A stretch of DNA of 64,000 nucleotides, taken from positions 68,778-132,777 of IMG/VR virus record IMGVR_UViG_3300010371_000028; one strand, 5' to 3'. Below the pieces are notes generated by a model. It was not told where the DNA came from, did not search any database, and saw only the letters and a list, made by a program, of their open reading frames with translations. The position numbers and the translations under genes were made by a program. The stretch comes from a virus. Below, in pieces: positions 62,971 through 64,000 of this stretch. The number at the start of each line of letters is the position of its first letter. The first letter of the stretch is position 1.

Positions 62971-63231
62971 ATGGCGACCTACAAGCCCGACGACGAGACA
63001 GCCGCGCTCTTCGCCCGCTACAAAAAGGCGAAGGAACTCGAAGAAGAGCTGCGACCCCGCGTCAAGGAACGCGCCGTCCGCGAGATGCGCGACGCCGGCG
63101 CGACCGTAGGTGTGCTTCACGACCTCACCGCCATGACTGACGAGGTCTTCCGCAGGCTCGCCCGCGACAACGGCATCGAGCGGCGGCGCGAACCCACCGT
63201 CGGCAAGGACGCCAAGCCGAAGCCCGAGTAG
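62971..63231 (+). CDS. Small regulator (HTH-like), divergent
   Basis: ATVGVLHDLTAMTDEVFRRLAR; opposite strand to all neighbours. Confidence 0.6.
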   Translation: MATYKPDDETAALFARYKKAKELEEELRPRVKERAVREMRDAGATVGVLHDLTAMTDEVFRRLARDNGIERRREPTVGKDAKPKPE

Positions 63232-63233
63232 CC

Positions 63234-63365
63234 TCACCGCCGCACCAGCCATCCCAGGACGTGCCAGGCCCCGTCGACCGCGAACGCGACGGCGGCGAGC
63301 GCCGCCGGTGCGGCAATGCCCTGCCAGCAGCGGATGGCGAACGTCGACTTCCGGCGGTGGGTCAC
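63234..63365 (-). CDS. Small membrane peptide
   Basis: GTGA coupling; one hydrophobic helix. Confidence 0.4.
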   Translation of the reverse strand: MTHRRKSTFAIRCWQGIAAPAALAAVAFAVDGAWHVLGWLVRR

Positions 63366-63658
63366 CGCGTGCTCTCCTGACATGCCGGGCAGAACAGTTC
63401 CTCGTCCTCGCCGAACTCGGCCGGGTCGATGACGCGTTCGGCGCACCGCCAGCAGGGGGCGAGCATCCCGGCCGGCCTCGGATACCAGATCGCGTACCTA
63501 CCGCAGCCGTCGCATACGCGCTGCTCGTGGGTGCGGTTCATCCGCTCGCACCACGACCACCAGTCGGCGTAACCGGTCGGGCAGGGCGTGTGCTCGGCCT
63601 CGTTCGGGCACGACGGTTCCGGGCTCGGCCGGGGCTTCAGTGGCACGCCGCGGCTCAC
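63362..63658 (-). CDS. Zn-finger hypothetical protein
   Basis: CDGC, CWRC, CPAC. Confidence 0.55.
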   Translation of the reverse strand: MSRGVPLKPRPSPEPSCPNEAEHTPCPTGYADWWSWCERMNRTHEQRVCDGCGRYAIWYPRPAGMLAPCWRCAERVIDPAEFGEDEELFCPACQESTR

Positions 63659-63915
63659 CGTCCACCGCCGGTCAGGTCGGTCCAGCAGACGTCGCACACG
63701 GTCTGGCCGTCCACGTCGAGCGGCAGGTTCACGCGGAACGCGGGGGAGATCCAGCCGCCGCGGTCGCCCGGGTCGTCCGCGTTCCGGTCCCAGCGGGTGA
63801 TGCAGTCGACGGCCATGTGCCAGCACGGGAGTCCGGCGGCTTTCAGCGTCCACATCAGCGGGGTGCCGTACGCGGCGACCCAGCCGGTCGGGTCGCGCCA
63901 GATCAGGTGCTTCAT
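63655..63915 (-). CDS. Hypothetical protein
   Basis: CWH...CDVC; GTGA coupling. Confidence 0.5.
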   Translation of the reverse strand: MKHLIWRDPTGWVAAYGTPLMWTLKAAGLPCWHMAVDCITRWDRNADDPGDRGGWISPAFRVNLPLDVDGQTVCDVCWTDLTGGGR

Positions 63916-64000
63916 CGGGTGGTCCGTGCCGTTGTTGTGGCGCAGGGGGCACGGGGCGAGCTGGTGGATGCTGGGGACCGGACGCGGCATCAGCCCACCG

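Larger units (their letters stand above)
1..64000. mobile_element. Part of a large actinobacterial temperate phage / phage-plasmid-like element (non-structural and early regions, boundaries outside window)
   Basis: Dense, translationally coupled small ORFs (ATGA/GTGA overlaps); phage-type initiator+DnaB, SSB, MTase, two DUF6221-like genes; no host core genes. Confidence 0.85.

Overview
High-GC actinobacterial mobile DNA with no host housekeeping genes. It looks like the non-structural part of a large temperate phage or phage-plasmid. No integrase, terminase or capsid gene is visible, so the window cannot show whether the element is integrated. Layout: (1) 1-6.4 kb, leftward late-type region: edge of a tail-like gene, permuted papain amidase, small membrane ORFs, a minimal nucleotidyltransferase, a structured non-coding region with a tRNA-like cloverleaf, and a Zn-finger/HTH late-regulator-like pair. 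(2) 6.4-18 kb, leftward Streptomyces-type conjugation/spread module: YdjM-like hydrolase, TraB FtsK translocase, Spd-like membrane proteins, Xis-like HTH, KorSA-like GntR. (3) 18.4-48.4 kb, mostly rightward replication/early region: initiator with four palindromic iterons, DnaB, Doc-like pair, Thg1, DEDDh exonucleases, XRE repressor, DUF397, and an FxSxx-COOH-like peptide next to an XRE-TPR-like regulator. (4) 48.5-64 kb, leftward early region: Csp, T5orf172, sigma-like HTH, SSB, HicA-like, C5 DNA methyltransferase. Most interesting: the phage-plus-TraB hybrid architecture, three tRNA-like RNA elements alongside RNA-end-modifying enzymes, a 24-copy GTGTCG array, duplicated divergent HTH/promoter cassettes, and the orphan RiPP-like peptide/regulator pair. 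Family calls are by eye from motifs; no database search was run. Many starts were re-picked from RBS and overlap patterns and are approximate.
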